This document shows positions 18,156 through 28,200 of a stretch of DNA of 64,000 nucleotides, one piece after another. The translations under genes were made by a program, and so were the position numbers. Under the pieces are notes generated by a model that searched no databases, was not told the origin of the DNA, and was given only the letters and a program-made list of their open reading frames with translations. The stretch is from Dehalococcoidia bacterium (GTDB taxonomy: Bacteria; Chloroflexota; Dehalococcoidia; Lucifugimonadales; UBA3495). The stretch covers positions 156,930 through 220,929 of the forward strand of contig CBDCQN010000001.1 in assembly GCA_965220625.1 (NCBI GenBank), read 5' to 3'. How positions within the stretch are numbered: the stretch's first letter is position 1; each line of letters begins with the position of its first letter.

Positions 18156-19169
18156 ATGACCACTGCACAGAAGACGAATTTCCTGGAATATGACCGGACC
18201 ATGGGCATGACGGTCATGGAGGGCCGCGGCTTTTATTACCCCGTGGATACCGCGGTGGGCAAGGACGACCGTCTCTACGTGATCAGCCGCAGCAAAGAGG
18301 AGACGACACGCGGCATTCGCGTCACCATGTGCGACGTGGACAGCGGCTATTTCGGCAACTTCGGCGCCTACGGCTACGCAGGCGGGCAGTTCGTCTGGCC
18401 CGCCTGCGGGGCGGTCGACAACCGGGGCCGGTTCTTCATCAGCGATGAGAAGCTCAACCGGGTCACAGCCTACGACGATACCGGCAACTACCTGTTCCAT
18501 TGGGGCGAGTCAGGCTCCGGCCCAGGAGAATTGGATACCCCGTCTGGCTTGGCGTTCGATAGGGAGAACAATATCTACGTCGCCGATACATACAACAACC
18601 GGGTGCAAAAATTCACCGCCGACGGCCGCTTCCTGCTTGCCATCGGCGAACACGGAAGCGAAGGCGTCAGCCTTCCTTGGGGACTGGCCACGGATACCCG
18701 GAACAACGTGTACGCCGCCGACTTCGGCAACGACTGTATCAAGAAATATTCCTCCCAAGGTGAATTCCTGGCTGCGTTCGGCTCATCGGGCCGCGGCGAC
18801 GGCGAGTTCACCCGCCCGGCCTCAGTGGCGGTGGACCATGACGGCTACATCTACGTAGCCGACTGGGGCAACGAACGGGTGCAGGTGTTGGACTCCGAGG
18901 GCAATTTCGTGACGAAACTGCGGGGCGAGGCGACACTGTCTCAATGGGCGTCCAACTTCCTTAGCATCAACGTAGAGGAAGCCGCCGCCCGGGGCACTGC
19001 CGACCTCGACATGGAAATCGATTACGTCGTCGACGACCCACACGAAGAATCGTCCCACATAGAGAAATACTTCTGGTGCCCGGTTTCGGTTAAACTGGAC
19101 AGCCAAGGCCGTCTGTACGTGACCGAGACCAACCGGCACCGGCTCCAGGTATACCGTAGGAGCGGGTGA
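18156..19169 (+). CDS. NHL-repeat beta-propeller protein
   Basis: 337 aa with six repeats ending in YVADxxNxRVQxF-type strands (DTYNNRVQKF, DFGNDCIKKY, DWGNERVQVL, ETNRHRLQVY). Confidence 0.8.
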   Translation: MTTAQKTNFLEYDRTMGMTVMEGRGFYYPVDTAVGKDDRLYVISRSKEETTRGIRVTMCDVDSGYFGNFGAYGYAGGQFVWPACGAVDNRGRFFISDEKLNRVTAYDDTGNYLFHWGESGSGPGELDTPSGLAFDRENNIYVADTYNNRVQKFTADGRFLLAIGEHGSEGVSLPWGLATDTRNNVYAADFGNDCIKKYSSQGEFLAAFGSSGRGDGEFTRPASVAVDHDGYIYVADWGNERVQVLDSEGNFVTKLRGEATLSQWASNFLSINVEEAAARGTADLDMEIDYVVDDPHEESSHIEKYFWCPVSVKLDSQGRLYVTETNRHRLQVYRRSG

Positions 19170-19227
19170 CGCTCCAGGCCTGAAAACGGACCAAGGACCA
19201 CCAACTCAATCCTGAAGGAGCAGGAAA

Positions 19228-20361
19228 ATGGTATCGACAAAGAAAGACCGTTCACTGGTTGTCATCGAACTCGCCGGCGGTAACGACGCCCTGAATACTC
19301 TGGTCCCCTACAACAACGGCCTTTACTACGACTACCGCCCCAGCATTGGAATCCAGCAGGGGGACGTACTGGCGATCAACGGCGAGTACGGCTTCAACCC
19401 CAACATGCAGGCGGTTAAGGACCTGTGGGACCGGGGGGAACTGGCCATCATCAACGGGATCGGCTATCCCCAGCCCAACCGCTCCCACTTCCGTTCCAGG
19501 GACATCTGGTATACCGCCGAGCCGGAGAGCATCGGCAATCAGGGTTGGCTGGGCGCGGCCATTCGCGACTTGGACGCCAAGGGCGAGAACGTCCTGACCG
19601 GCGTCAACTTCGGCCGGGGCCTTCCCCGTGCGCTGGTCTGCCGGGGCGTGCCGGTTGCCTCAGTGGGCAACCTTGAGACCTACGGCCTGCTCCCCGACAT
19701 GAGCGACGAGAACGTACGGCACAATGCCCTGGACGCCTTGGGCCGCATGTACGGCCCCGCTGGCGGCAGGGACATTGTGGCCCAGACGCTGGCCGAGAAC
19801 GGCTCCCAGGCCCTGATGGGCGCGGACATCCTGCGCACCGCTCCCGAACGCTACTCCTCCAGCATCGAGTACGCCGATACCCCCATTTCCCAGAGCTTGA
19901 AGAGTGCCGCCCAAGTGATGAGCGCCGGTTTGGGGACCAGGGTGCTATATGCCCAGCACGGTAGCTTCGACACCCACAGCAACGAGCTTCAGTCCCATGC
20001 CAAGCTGTGGCAGGACGCTTCTGCCGCCATTGCCGACTTCACTGAGGACCTGAAGGAACAGGGCCTGTGGGAAGAAACGCTGGTGCTGGTGTGGTCCGAG
20101 TTCGGGCGCCGCGTGCGTGACAACGGCACCGGCTGCGACCACGGCTCCGGCGGAGTCGCGTTCGTCTTAGGCGGTTCGGTGGCGGGCGGCCTCTACGGCC
20201 AGTACCCATCGCTAAGGGATGCGGACCTCTCTGAAGGCGATATGGCCTACACCACGGACTTCCGGACCACCTATGCCACCGTCTTGGACCGCTGGCTGGG
20301 CCTGGACCCGGACCCCATAGTCCACGGCCAGTTCGAGCAGTTCGAGTTTATTACCCGTTAA
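19228..20361 (+). CDS. DUF1501-domain (sulfatase-fold) protein
   Basis: 377 aa with AAGGAG upstream. Motifs LAGGNDALNTLVPY, RSHFRSRDIW, HGSFDTHS and GTGCDHG. Confidence 0.85.
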   Translation: MVSTKKDRSLVVIELAGGNDALNTLVPYNNGLYYDYRPSIGIQQGDVLAINGEYGFNPNMQAVKDLWDRGELAIINGIGYPQPNRSHFRSRDIWYTAEPESIGNQGWLGAAIRDLDAKGENVLTGVNFGRGLPRALVCRGVPVASVGNLETYGLLPDMSDENVRHNALDALGRMYGPAGGRDIVAQTLAENGSQALMGADILRTAPERYSSSIEYADTPISQSLKSAAQVMSAGLGTRVLYAQHGSFDTHSNELQSHAKLWQDASAAIADFTEDLKEQGLWEETLVLVWSEFGRRVRDNGTGCDHGSGGVAFVLGGSVAGGLYGQYPSLRDADLSEGDMAYTTDFRTTYATVLDRWLGLDPDPIVHGQFEQFEFITR

Positions 20362-20388
20362 CCGTCTGGTTCACCTCCGTGAACAAAG

Positions 20389-20423
20389 AAACCGCCGGGG
20401 GCTTGAACAGCCCTCGGCGGTTT
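20389..20423. terminator. Bidirectional hairpin between convergent genes
   Basis: AAACCGCCGGGGGC-TTGAACA-GCCCTCGGCGGTTT, a 14 bp stem with one mismatch. It lies between the DUF1501 stop and the LLM oxidoreductase stop. Confidence 0.5.
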
Positions 20424-20451
20424 CTGCGCTCATGGTGCTTGTATATAGGGG

Positions 20452-21720
20452 CTATCTGCCGGCTGGCACGGCCAAGGGGCGGGAGCCCGGCAGACGCTCG
20501 TAGGGGCCGGGGAGTTCCAGCTCTTCGGATATGCTGCGCATCGCCGGGAGGACCTCTTCGCCCAAGAGCCGGATGCTGGTCATACGGTCCTCGTGGCTGA
20601 CCGGGCCGTGGTGGTGCCACATGGCGAAGATACCGGGGCGGACCGTCTCCAGGATATGACGGATTTTGGGGATGATGCTGTCCGGCGTACCGCAAATCAG
20701 TTGCATGTTGTCTTGCTCGCCTTGGAACCGACTGTAAATCTGTTCCCGGCTGGCCTGTATTCCTTCCGGTGTATCGGTGGGCTTCAGGACAAACGCTTCT
20801 TCCCCGCTGTTGGGGTCAACGGAGACCCGGGCCAAGCGCCGGGTGGCCGCCTTGGAGTTGTAGCCCGGAGGGAACATCCACTCGGGACGGGCGAAGGCGT
20901 TAATGCCGCCGCCGTACATGAAGGCCCGGCCCATCTCCTGGGCCTTTTCTTCTGTTTCAGCTACTACCACTCGTTGCAGGTAGCCGAAGTTCTCGGGGCC
21001 AAATTCGTAGCCCTCTTCGGCCGCCGTATCTTTGTACAGCTTCACCATTTCCATGGTCGGTTCAAGGAAGGTGGCCAAGGCCAGGTAGGGATAACGGTGG
21101 CGGGCGCACCAGATAACTGTTTCCGGGCTCACCAGCCCTGGGATCCACATCTGAGGGTAGGGCTTCTGTACCGGCAACACCCACGGGTTCACGTGGCGGT
21201 AGTGGTAGTGCTTGCCTTCGAAGCGGAATGGGCCGGGAGTGGTCCAGGCCTTGACGACGAAGTCGTGGGCCTCGTTGAACAGCTCCCGGTTGTAGGCGGG
21301 GTTGGCATTGTTGTAAATCGACTCGCTGCCGGCGCCCCTGACCCAACCGGGTACCAGACGGCCACCGGAAATCATGTCGATCATAGCCAGTTCTTCGGCC
21401 AACCGCAGGGGGTCGGCCACCGGCAGCGGGTTGCCCAACAGCACTATCTTGGCCCGCTCCGTGATTCTGGCCAGCACAGCTGCCTCAATGTTCATCACGG
21501 AGCCCATGCAGAACGGAGTGCCGTGATGCTCGTTCAGCATCACCCCGTCAAAGCCAACCTTTTCGGCGTAGACAGCCTCGTCAAAATAGGAATTGTAGAG
21601 CTGGCCGCCCACTTCCGGATTGAGATGTTCGTTGGGTATGCCGAAATAACCGGCGTTCTTGATGATCTCGTCTTCCGGAACATCGTAATAGGGGCGCTCG
21701 GTGAACATCATGATGTGCAT
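20452..21720 (-). CDS. LLM-class (luciferase-like) flavin-dependent oxidoreductase
   Basis: 422 aa with AGGAGG upstream. GFDGVMLNEHHGTPF and the TIM-barrel LLM layout. Confidence 0.85.
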   Translation of the reverse strand: MHIMMFTERPYYDVPEDEIIKNAGYFGIPNEHLNPEVGGQLYNSYFDEAVYAEKVGFDGVMLNEHHGTPFCMGSVMNIEAAVLARITERAKIVLLGNPLPVADPLRLAEELAMIDMISGGRLVPGWVRGAGSESIYNNANPAYNRELFNEAHDFVVKAWTTPGPFRFEGKHYHYRHVNPWVLPVQKPYPQMWIPGLVSPETVIWCARHRYPYLALATFLEPTMEMVKLYKDTAAEEGYEFGPENFGYLQRVVVAETEEKAQEMGRAFMYGGGINAFARPEWMFPPGYNSKAATRRLARVSVDPNSGEEAFVLKPTDTPEGIQASREQIYSRFQGEQDNMQLICGTPDSIIPKIRHILETVRPGIFAMWHHHGPVSHEDRMTSIRLLGEEVLPAMRSISEELELPGPYERLPGSRPLAVPAGR

Positions 21721-21744
21721 GGCGATGCCTCCTGAGTTTTACTC

Positions 21745-22542
21745 TTACTCCAAGAATCCTCGGAGCCGGCTTAGGAACTGGGATGTTTGCTCAGTCTCCG
21801 GACGGTGGCCGCAGTCGTCAATGACCGCCAACTCGGAGCCCGATATGGACTTGTTATAGAGATGACCGGCCGCCAGCGGGACAATAGCGTCGTCCCGGCC
21901 CCAGATAACCAACGTGGGCAGTCCTTCCACTCCCTCGAGCAGCGGTCCCAGGCTGGGGTTGTGCATGTAGGGTTTCCAGGCCAAACGTGACGCCTCGGCC
22001 CGGGCGTCTTCCCAAGCCTCGAACTGTTCGGCCGTCTCGTCGCCTCCGTAGAGGGACTGGAATTCCGGGTTGGCAGCGGCATCGCGGACGCTGGCGTTCA
22101 GATAGTTGCGCGCCGTCACCACGAACAGGTCCATAATCTCGCCTTCCGGCGGCCTGAGGCCGGTGGGCGCCACCAAGACCATTCGATCGAACTGGCCCGC
22201 GTCCGCCGCAGCCATCTCAGCGGCGATCCAACCGCCCAATGAGAAGCCGATTACATCAACCGGGCCCAACGCCAAATCCCGCAACATCCGCGAGTAGAAC
22301 CCGGCCAGGTCCCTCACGCCGCTGATCCAATCGATCCGGGGCAGCGCTCCGAATCCAGGGTGTACCGGTATCAAGAGTTGATGGTCTTGGGACAAGTCGG
22401 CGTGCCAGGCCAACCAACCGGGATGACCCAACTCTTCATGCAGGACCAAGACCGGCCGACCGGTACCGCCCTTATACATAAGGACGCTGCCGCCGCCTAC
22501 GTTGATTGTGCTTTCGGTATACCCATTGGAGGAAACTGGCAT
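21745..22542 (-). CDS. Alpha/beta-fold hydrolase
   Basis: Nucleophile elbow GFSLGG and HELGHPGW near the N-terminus. Start moved to ATG 22542, which has GGAGAGG upstream. The ORF track start is 22608. Confidence 0.8.
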   Translation of the reverse strand: MPVSSNGYTESTINVGGGSVLMYKGGTGRPVLVLHEELGHPGWLAWHADLSQDHQLLIPVHPGFGALPRIDWISGVRDLAGFYSRMLRDLALGPVDVIGFSLGGWIAAEMAAADAGQFDRMVLVAPTGLRPPEGEIMDLFVVTARNYLNASVRDAAANPEFQSLYGGDETAEQFEAWEDARAEASRLAWKPYMHNPSLGPLLEGVEGLPTLVIWGRDDAIVPLAAGHLYNKSISGSELAVIDDCGHRPETEQTSQFLSRLRGFLE

Positions 22543-22806
22543 ATTACGACGCCTCTCCAGTTGAGTTAGGGAAGATGTGCTGACCGGAAGTCTGGATGCG
22601 CACACCATTCTCGAACTAACCCGTCACAGTGTCAAGTACCTCCATCGAGAGGAATGTCACTCAGGATGGCCGAAAAAGGCACAAATAGTATTCTGATTCG
22701 TAGAATCGTTGAGGATTGCCGTGTCTCCAGTCATCAAATCGCAGGACAACCGGGAACCCCGGCATGTGTTACCATCGGGGAGTCAAACCCAGTCCAGAGG
22801 CCTGAC

Positions 22807-23538
22807 ATGACCCACGCGAAACTGGCCCACGACCCCCAGGCGGCCATTGACTACGAAAGCCTGTCCTTCAACCCCGATGAACCGGAGCCGCTGCCGGACG
22901 CCATGTTTCAATACCCTGTCTTCGAAGAAATCCTCCACCTCCTGGGCACCCACCTGACCGACCTGTACTCGCCCGAAGAGGTGTTCCGCAGCAGCAACAC
23001 CTTCATCTGCTACGACCCAACCGACCTGAACGTCCGGGTCGGTCCCGACTACTACTTCGCCTTCGGCGTAGACGCCCAGGCGATCGAGCAGGCCAAGCTC
23101 TACCTCCCTTGGGTTGTGGGCAAGCCCCCTGATTTCGTGTTGGAAATCGCCTCGGAAAGCACGGCGAAGAATGACGTGACCAACAAACGCCGGCTCTACG
23201 CTGACATCGGCGTCCCCGAATACTGGCGCTTCGACCGCACCGGGGGAGACTTCTACGGGGCGCCTCTGGCCGGAGACATTCTCGCAAACGGCGTCTACCA
23301 GCCCGTGGACCTGACCACGGAGCCAGATGGTATCCTCAAGGGAAACAGCCCGGCGTTGAGACGAAGCCTGTGCTGGGCGGACCGGATGCTGACGTTCTAC
23401 AACCCGGAGACCAACCAATATATGCGAAACCTGAGAGCCGAGCGGGCGCGGGCCGACGCGGAACGAACTGCCAAAGAAGCGGCGGAATCGCAGTTAGAAG
23501 CGCTGGGCGCCGAGTTGCGTCGGCTGCGGGGTGAATGA
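22807..23538 (+). CDS. Uma2-family putative endonuclease, long subtype with C-terminal coiled-coil tail
   Basis: Paralogue of 60482-61282, sharing EPEPLP, NTFICYD, LNVRVGPD, GKPPDFVLEIASEST and VPEYWRFD. The C-terminus is AERARADAERTAKEAAESQLEALGAELRRLRGE. Start set at ATG 22807; the ORF track start is 22654. Confidence 0.75.
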   Translation: MTHAKLAHDPQAAIDYESLSFNPDEPEPLPDAMFQYPVFEEILHLLGTHLTDLYSPEEVFRSSNTFICYDPTDLNVRVGPDYYFAFGVDAQAIEQAKLYLPWVVGKPPDFVLEIASESTAKNDVTNKRRLYADIGVPEYWRFDRTGGDFYGAPLAGDILANGVYQPVDLTTEPDGILKGNSPALRRSLCWADRMLTFYNPETNQYMRNLRAERARADAERTAKEAAESQLEALGAELRRLRGE

Positions 23539-23593
23539 CCTCGAACAAAGCCACGCAATCCTGCCAAGCGGACCCTGAAATTCCACGGAAACT

Positions 23594-23626
23594 AAACGCC
23601 GGTGAACGTCACCGGCGTTTTCTTTT
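23594..23626 (+). terminator. Rho-independent terminator after Uma2 gene
   Basis: AAACGCCGGTGA-ACG-TCACCGGCGTTT, a perfect 12 bp stem followed by a TCTTTTG tract. Confidence 0.7.
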
Positions 23627-23647
23627 GCCAGCCCAAGCCCCCATTGA

Positions 23648-25336
23648 GATTGCCCAATCCTTCTTACCTCATGGAGTCGACCGGGTATCAGTGCGGGAAC
23701 ATCAGGATTCGCAGTACCGGCTACTCCGGCCCCGGTAGCTCAGCCCAAAATTACACGGGTGAGCATGGTCAACACCGTCCCCCTCAACGAGAGTAACCGC
23801 ATCTGGGTCGGCGGCTGGCCCAACCTCGTGCAGAACGACCCTTACGGCGAGACCCTGATCGAAAACCACGAGATCACGTCCGAGCCGGTCCCGGCCTTGG
23901 CCAACAGCTGGGTAGTCGACGCCGGGTTCAACACTTGGACTTTCCAATTGAACGAAGGCATTCCCTGGCATTTCGGCTACGGCGAATTCACTGCGGCCGA
24001 CGTGGCTCACACCTGGATGTTGGTTTCTCAAGAGGAAAGCAACAGCACCTTCAAGTCAATTTGGACGACTACCTACCCCGAGGTACACGACGACTACAGC
24101 ATCTCCTTTCATTTCGAAAACCCTCAGTTGACCGGAGGGCGGCTTTTCTCCCGGCTTCAAGGCGATCTCGTAATCCAGAGCAAAGCACAATGGGACGAAG
24201 CTGGCGGCGACCCGTCCGCGTATGACGATAGACCCACCGGTACTGGCTCCTACCAATACGGCGGCCGGGAATTGGCCGCCAGCGTTTGGTACGAAAAGAT
24301 CGACTACGACCACTGGGCCGGTGAAAACCCGGACTTTCAGGAACTGGAATGGATCTGGGCGGCCAAGCAGTTTACCCGCTTATCCATGTTGCTGGCTAGC
24401 GAGGTACAAGGCGCGGACCTGTCCCGAGAAGTACAGGTAGACGCCAAGGCCCGGGGGATGAAGGTCGTTTCGTCCAACAACGAAAACAACCAGTCCTACG
24501 GCTTCTTCGGAGGGACCTATCTAAGCACGGTCGACAGTAACCTGGAACCTTGGCCGGACGGCAACCACCCCCACTATTTGGGGGAAGAACCGTGGCACAA
24601 TCCCTTGGTGCGAGAGGCCTTTAACGTCGCGGTAGACCGTCAAGCCATCATCGACGAGGTATACTTCGGCAATGCCAGCTCGGTATACGTACCAGTGTTC
24701 GCTCCATTTACCGAGGGTTGGAGCGACCGTTGGGTGGACCAGTTCGACGATCAGTACGGCTACAACCCCGATCGCGCCGTCGAACTGCTGGCTGAGGCCG
24801 GCTACGGACCCGGAGACATCTCCATCGACATGTCCTCTACGGTAATTCCGGGCAACCCCGAGATCCCGCAATTGATCGAAATACTCTCCACCATGTGGGA
24901 GGCCGTAGGGGTCGACACCAACATCATAGACGTGGAGTTTGGCGCTTGGGCGGAAACTCTCTTCAACCATGACATTCACGAAACGTTCGTTATTCTTCGG
25001 AACACCCCCATCAGGACCACCCAGGAGGGTCTCCGTGTTTTCTGGGTATCCGCGCCCGACGGCTTGCTCTACGGGTGGGAGTCAGACTCCATCAACGAGC
25101 AGTACGATTGCTTGGAGCAATCATTGGACGTCGCGGAACGGGAGCAGTGCGCCCGCGACGCCGGCGACGAGATGTTCGATGATTTCCTGACGCTTCCGTT
25201 ATTCCAGACCACCTTCGACATGACCATAGACCCCGAATTCATCTCCGGATGGGTGTACCCTGGAGTCGGATCGGCCCACCCGACTCACGTTCACAACATA
25301 AAGGCCTGTCCGGTTGGCACGGAACGGTGCGACTAA
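23648..25336 (+). pseudogene. Family-5 substrate-binding protein, 5'-truncated (no signal peptide or lipobox)
   Basis: Paralogue of 40196-42298. Similarity to that gene (AVPAT...QPxIxRV...ESNRxWVGGW) continues upstream of the GTG 23759 start, as far as the in-frame stop at 23645-23647. The signal, lipobox and linker regions are absent. Confidence 0.5.
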
Positions 25337-25407
25337 GCCACTCAAGCCTTTTGCCATTGAGCCACAACCAGGCCCCAGCGGTTTTGCGCTTGCCGCGCAC
25401 CATAAAG

Positions 25408-25436
25408 AAAGACCCTCCGGCAATGGAGGGTCTTTT
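25408..25436 (+). terminator. Rho-independent terminator after SBP gene
   Basis: AAAGACCCTCC-GGCAAT-GGAGGGTCTTTT. Confidence 0.65.
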
Positions 25437-25457
25437 CGATGCGCCTACGAAGATATA

Positions 25458-25505
25458 GCAGGAGCGGCAGGATTCGAACCCGCGACCACTGGTTTTGGAG
25501 ACCAG
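25458..25505 (-). repeat. 48 bp copy of the 3' half of tRNA-Trp (att-like direct repeat)
   Basis: Identical over 48 nt to 31387-31434, spanning the anticodon stem through the first C of CCA of the intact tRNA-Trp. Same orientation. Confidence 0.9.
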
Positions 25506-25951
25506 GTCTTGAGGAGTCCTGGGGGTATTTGGAGCTGTTTGGAGGTTGGCTTCGTAGCTAATTGTCGGCTCTCACTTGTCGTGAGCCTCATCTAGCCTCT
25601 TAGAAGATTGACATTTTGGGATGGCGAATTAGCCTGCAAGATACCTGCATCGTTTCATCGATACCATCAAGCAGGCGTCGGACACGGGCCGGGAGTTGCC
25701 GGTCGCCTGAGGCGGCATTTCCTCAAAAACCGGAAACACGCTGGCGACCAATACCCATAGGTGACCCGGTCTTTGCGTTAGGCTCGTAACATGCTACCGG
25801 CCTGGTTTACGCCACATTTTCGAGCAGGCCCCGTGCACTGAACTGGAGACTGGTCCGGCAGCCGAAATTTTAAGGCCCCGTTGGCTTTCTATTATCACCG
25901 GGTGATGAATAGAAGTGTCGGGGCCTTGATAGATTTGGCGGTACGGGGTTG

Positions 25952-26713
25952 TCAGGCTGTCGCGGTCGCCGGTTGATGGGTCTTCAGGAAACGCCGGGCG
26001 TGGGATACGACCTCGTCGATGTGCTCCTGCGAGTCCTTCCAAGGGAAAATGGTCACCTCGGAGTTAGGGGCGAGACTGGCAACCTCCATCGCGCACTCGT
26101 AAGGGTGCGCCGGCACATCGTCGGGCGCTATCAGCAGCGGTGTCTGCAGCGTACGCACGAAATCGCGGGAAACGGTGAAAACGAAGTCGGCGCGGTTGGT
26201 ATACATGCTGGTCAGGAAGTCATGGACCATGTCCATTGTAATTTCCGGACGCTTCTCGCAAAGGGGCGGCCCCCACCCGGCTGTATTGTTCTGGTAGAAA
26301 ATATCAGGAATCTCCGGCCTGAACCCGCTCGGTTGCATCAACGCCGCTGCCACAATGCGCTCCGGGGCCAGCCTCAGCAGGTTGTGGATCATCGGCCCGC
26401 CGATGCAGAAGCCCATGACCAGGAACTCCTTGAGGCCGAGGTGGTCCATCAGCCCGAGTTGGTCATCAGAGTAGGCATCCCACGGGCGGTCGATCTCCAG
26501 TGGGCCACTGGACTGGCCCAGATTGGCGTTGCGTAAGTCGGCGGCGATACAGCGGAAGTCGTTTTGGTAGGTCTCCATCGGGTTGAAGGGCACCGACGTG
26601 TTCAAGGATGCCACGGTGGAATTAAGCCCGCCACCCGGAATGATCAGCAGCGGGAATCCCGAACCGACCTCTTCATAGTAGATACGGTTGGGACCTCTTT
26701 CGTAGAACGGCAT
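25952..26713 (-). CDS. Alpha/beta-fold hydrolase
   Basis: 253 aa with GGAGG upstream. GFPLLIIPGGG near the N-terminus and a MGFCIGG nucleophile elbow variant. Confidence 0.7.
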   Translation of the reverse strand: MPFYERGPNRIYYEEVGSGFPLLIIPGGGLNSTVASLNTSVPFNPMETYQNDFRCIAADLRNANLGQSSGPLEIDRPWDAYSDDQLGLMDHLGLKEFLVMGFCIGGPMIHNLLRLAPERIVAAALMQPSGFRPEIPDIFYQNNTAGWGPPLCEKRPEITMDMVHDFLTSMYTNRADFVFTVSRDFVRTLQTPLLIAPDDVPAHPYECAMEVASLAPNSEVTIFPWKDSQEHIDEVVSHARRFLKTHQPATATA

Positions 26714-26923
26714 GACGATTTTCCTCCATCAGCGAATTGCAAGGCTAACTTGATGTCGAATGAGCGGGCAGGCCGGAATATTCGGCCCAAGTCTTGCCCC
26801 TGCTCGAGGGCGAGGCCGCCGGCAGGCTGGAAGTACCGGCGAACCGCCTACTACGTCAAAGCGGAGACTACGGCCGGGCCGGAGGGGTCATCGGCGTTGG
26901 TCATGTCGAATCTTTCCGCACTG

Positions 26924-27901
26924 TTATTGTGGAATGGGAGCGTAATCAGGTATGAGACCTTCGTAGCGTAGCTCCTGCCACAGTGCGACGGGGATGGGAT
27001 GCGCCATCATCTGGAAGTTCTCTTCCGCTTCCGCTACAGACTGCGGGCCCGGTATCACTGCCGCAACGGCGGAATGACCAAAAACGAACTGAAGAGCAGC
27101 GGCCTTGAGAGGCACGCCGTGCCGGTCGCAGACCGCTTTACAACGCCTTGCTTGCTCCAAGATTTGGGCCGGGGCCGGCAGGTAATTGAAGGTCGCATTC
27201 TCTGTCAGGTCGGAGGCCAAAATACCGCTGTTGTACGGGCCGCCGATGATTACACTAATATTTTTCTCTTGGCACAGAGGAAGGAATTCGGAAAGCGCGG
27301 AATGGTCAAGAAGGGTGTACCGTCCCGCCAGCAGGAAGCAATCGAAGTCTCCCTCCCGAGCCAAACGGGCCTCCATTTCCCATTGGTTCATGCCGGCGCC
27401 GATGGCGGAAATTACCCCTTGGGAACGCAACTCTGAAAGGGCTTTGTAGGCCCCGTCCATCGCCTGGTCGAAATGGTTGTCCGGGTCGTGGATCAAAAGG
27501 ATGTCGACGTAGTCTAGATTCAGCCGTTTGAGACTCCCCTCGAAAACCCTCATGACGGTGTCGTAGTCGTATATGTAAGGCATATCGTTAGCCGCGTTCG
27601 GTCCGATTACCGCTCCCACCGGAGCAGGCGGGGCTGATTCCAATAACCTGCCTACTTTGGTGGAAATCGTGAAACTGGAACGCGGGATTTCAGAGAGAAC
27701 CTTCCCGTAGCGTTGCTCGCTAACGCCTCCGCCATATACCGGCGCCGTGTCAAAGTAGCTGACGCCAAGTTCGATGCATTTGCTGAGAGTTGTGGCGGCC
27801 TCGTCTTCGGTCGTAGACCGGCCCAACGCCACGCCGCCGACCCCCAGCCGTGATACTTTGAGCCCCGTACTTCCAATCTCGACCAATTCCAGCGGATCCA
27901 T
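26924..27901 (-). CDS. Aldo/keto reductase
   Basis: 325 aa. LGVGGVALG, YFDTAPVYGGG, DILLIHDPD and GAGMN motifs of the AKR family. Confidence 0.85.
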   Translation of the reverse strand: MDPLELVEIGSTGLKVSRLGVGGVALGRSTTEDEAATTLSKCIELGVSYFDTAPVYGGGVSEQRYGKVLSEIPRSSFTISTKVGRLLESAPPAPVGAVIGPNAANDMPYIYDYDTVMRVFEGSLKRLNLDYVDILLIHDPDNHFDQAMDGAYKALSELRSQGVISAIGAGMNQWEMEARLAREGDFDCFLLAGRYTLLDHSALSEFLPLCQEKNISVIIGGPYNSGILASDLTENATFNYLPAPAQILEQARRCKAVCDRHGVPLKAAALQFVFGHSAVAAVIPGPQSVAEAEENFQMMAHPIPVALWQELRYEGLIPDYAPIPQ

Positions 27902-28200
27902 CCCTTTCTCCTGACGGGCTGCGGCCCCAGACTGCCCGCGATGATACTTACGGGCCTTTCTAGTGTCAAATTGAGTTTAACAAACTCAGAGTCCGCCGAT
28001 GCCGCCATTGATTCCCCTCCGAAAACCTATCCGAGATAAGTGCCGGGATTCCGGATGATGGACCAGCCGCATTTCCTGTGCCAAGCTTAGAGCGAGTTTT
28101 GCCAGGACACGAAAAAGGCGTAGAGCTTGCCGGCGACGAACCAACTTCCTCGCTGTCCGCATTACATCCTCGCAGCCCCTGTGATAATCTGGAGCGTATT

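Noticed and set aside
22689-22719. ATTCTGATTCGTAGAATCGTTGAGGATTGC upstream of the Uma2 gene, which resembles the GATTCAGAATCAGGATTGC core of the 111 bp repeat.
   Set aside because: The similarity is short and rearranged and could be chance. It is mentioned only as a pointer inside the repeat finding and is not annotated as a copy.
25506-25951. Looked for an integrase or excisionase remnant beside the tRNA-Trp 3'-half repeat.
   Set aside because: No ORF of meaningful length and no recombinase motif recognisable by eye. It is left as a testable possibility only, through BLASTX.
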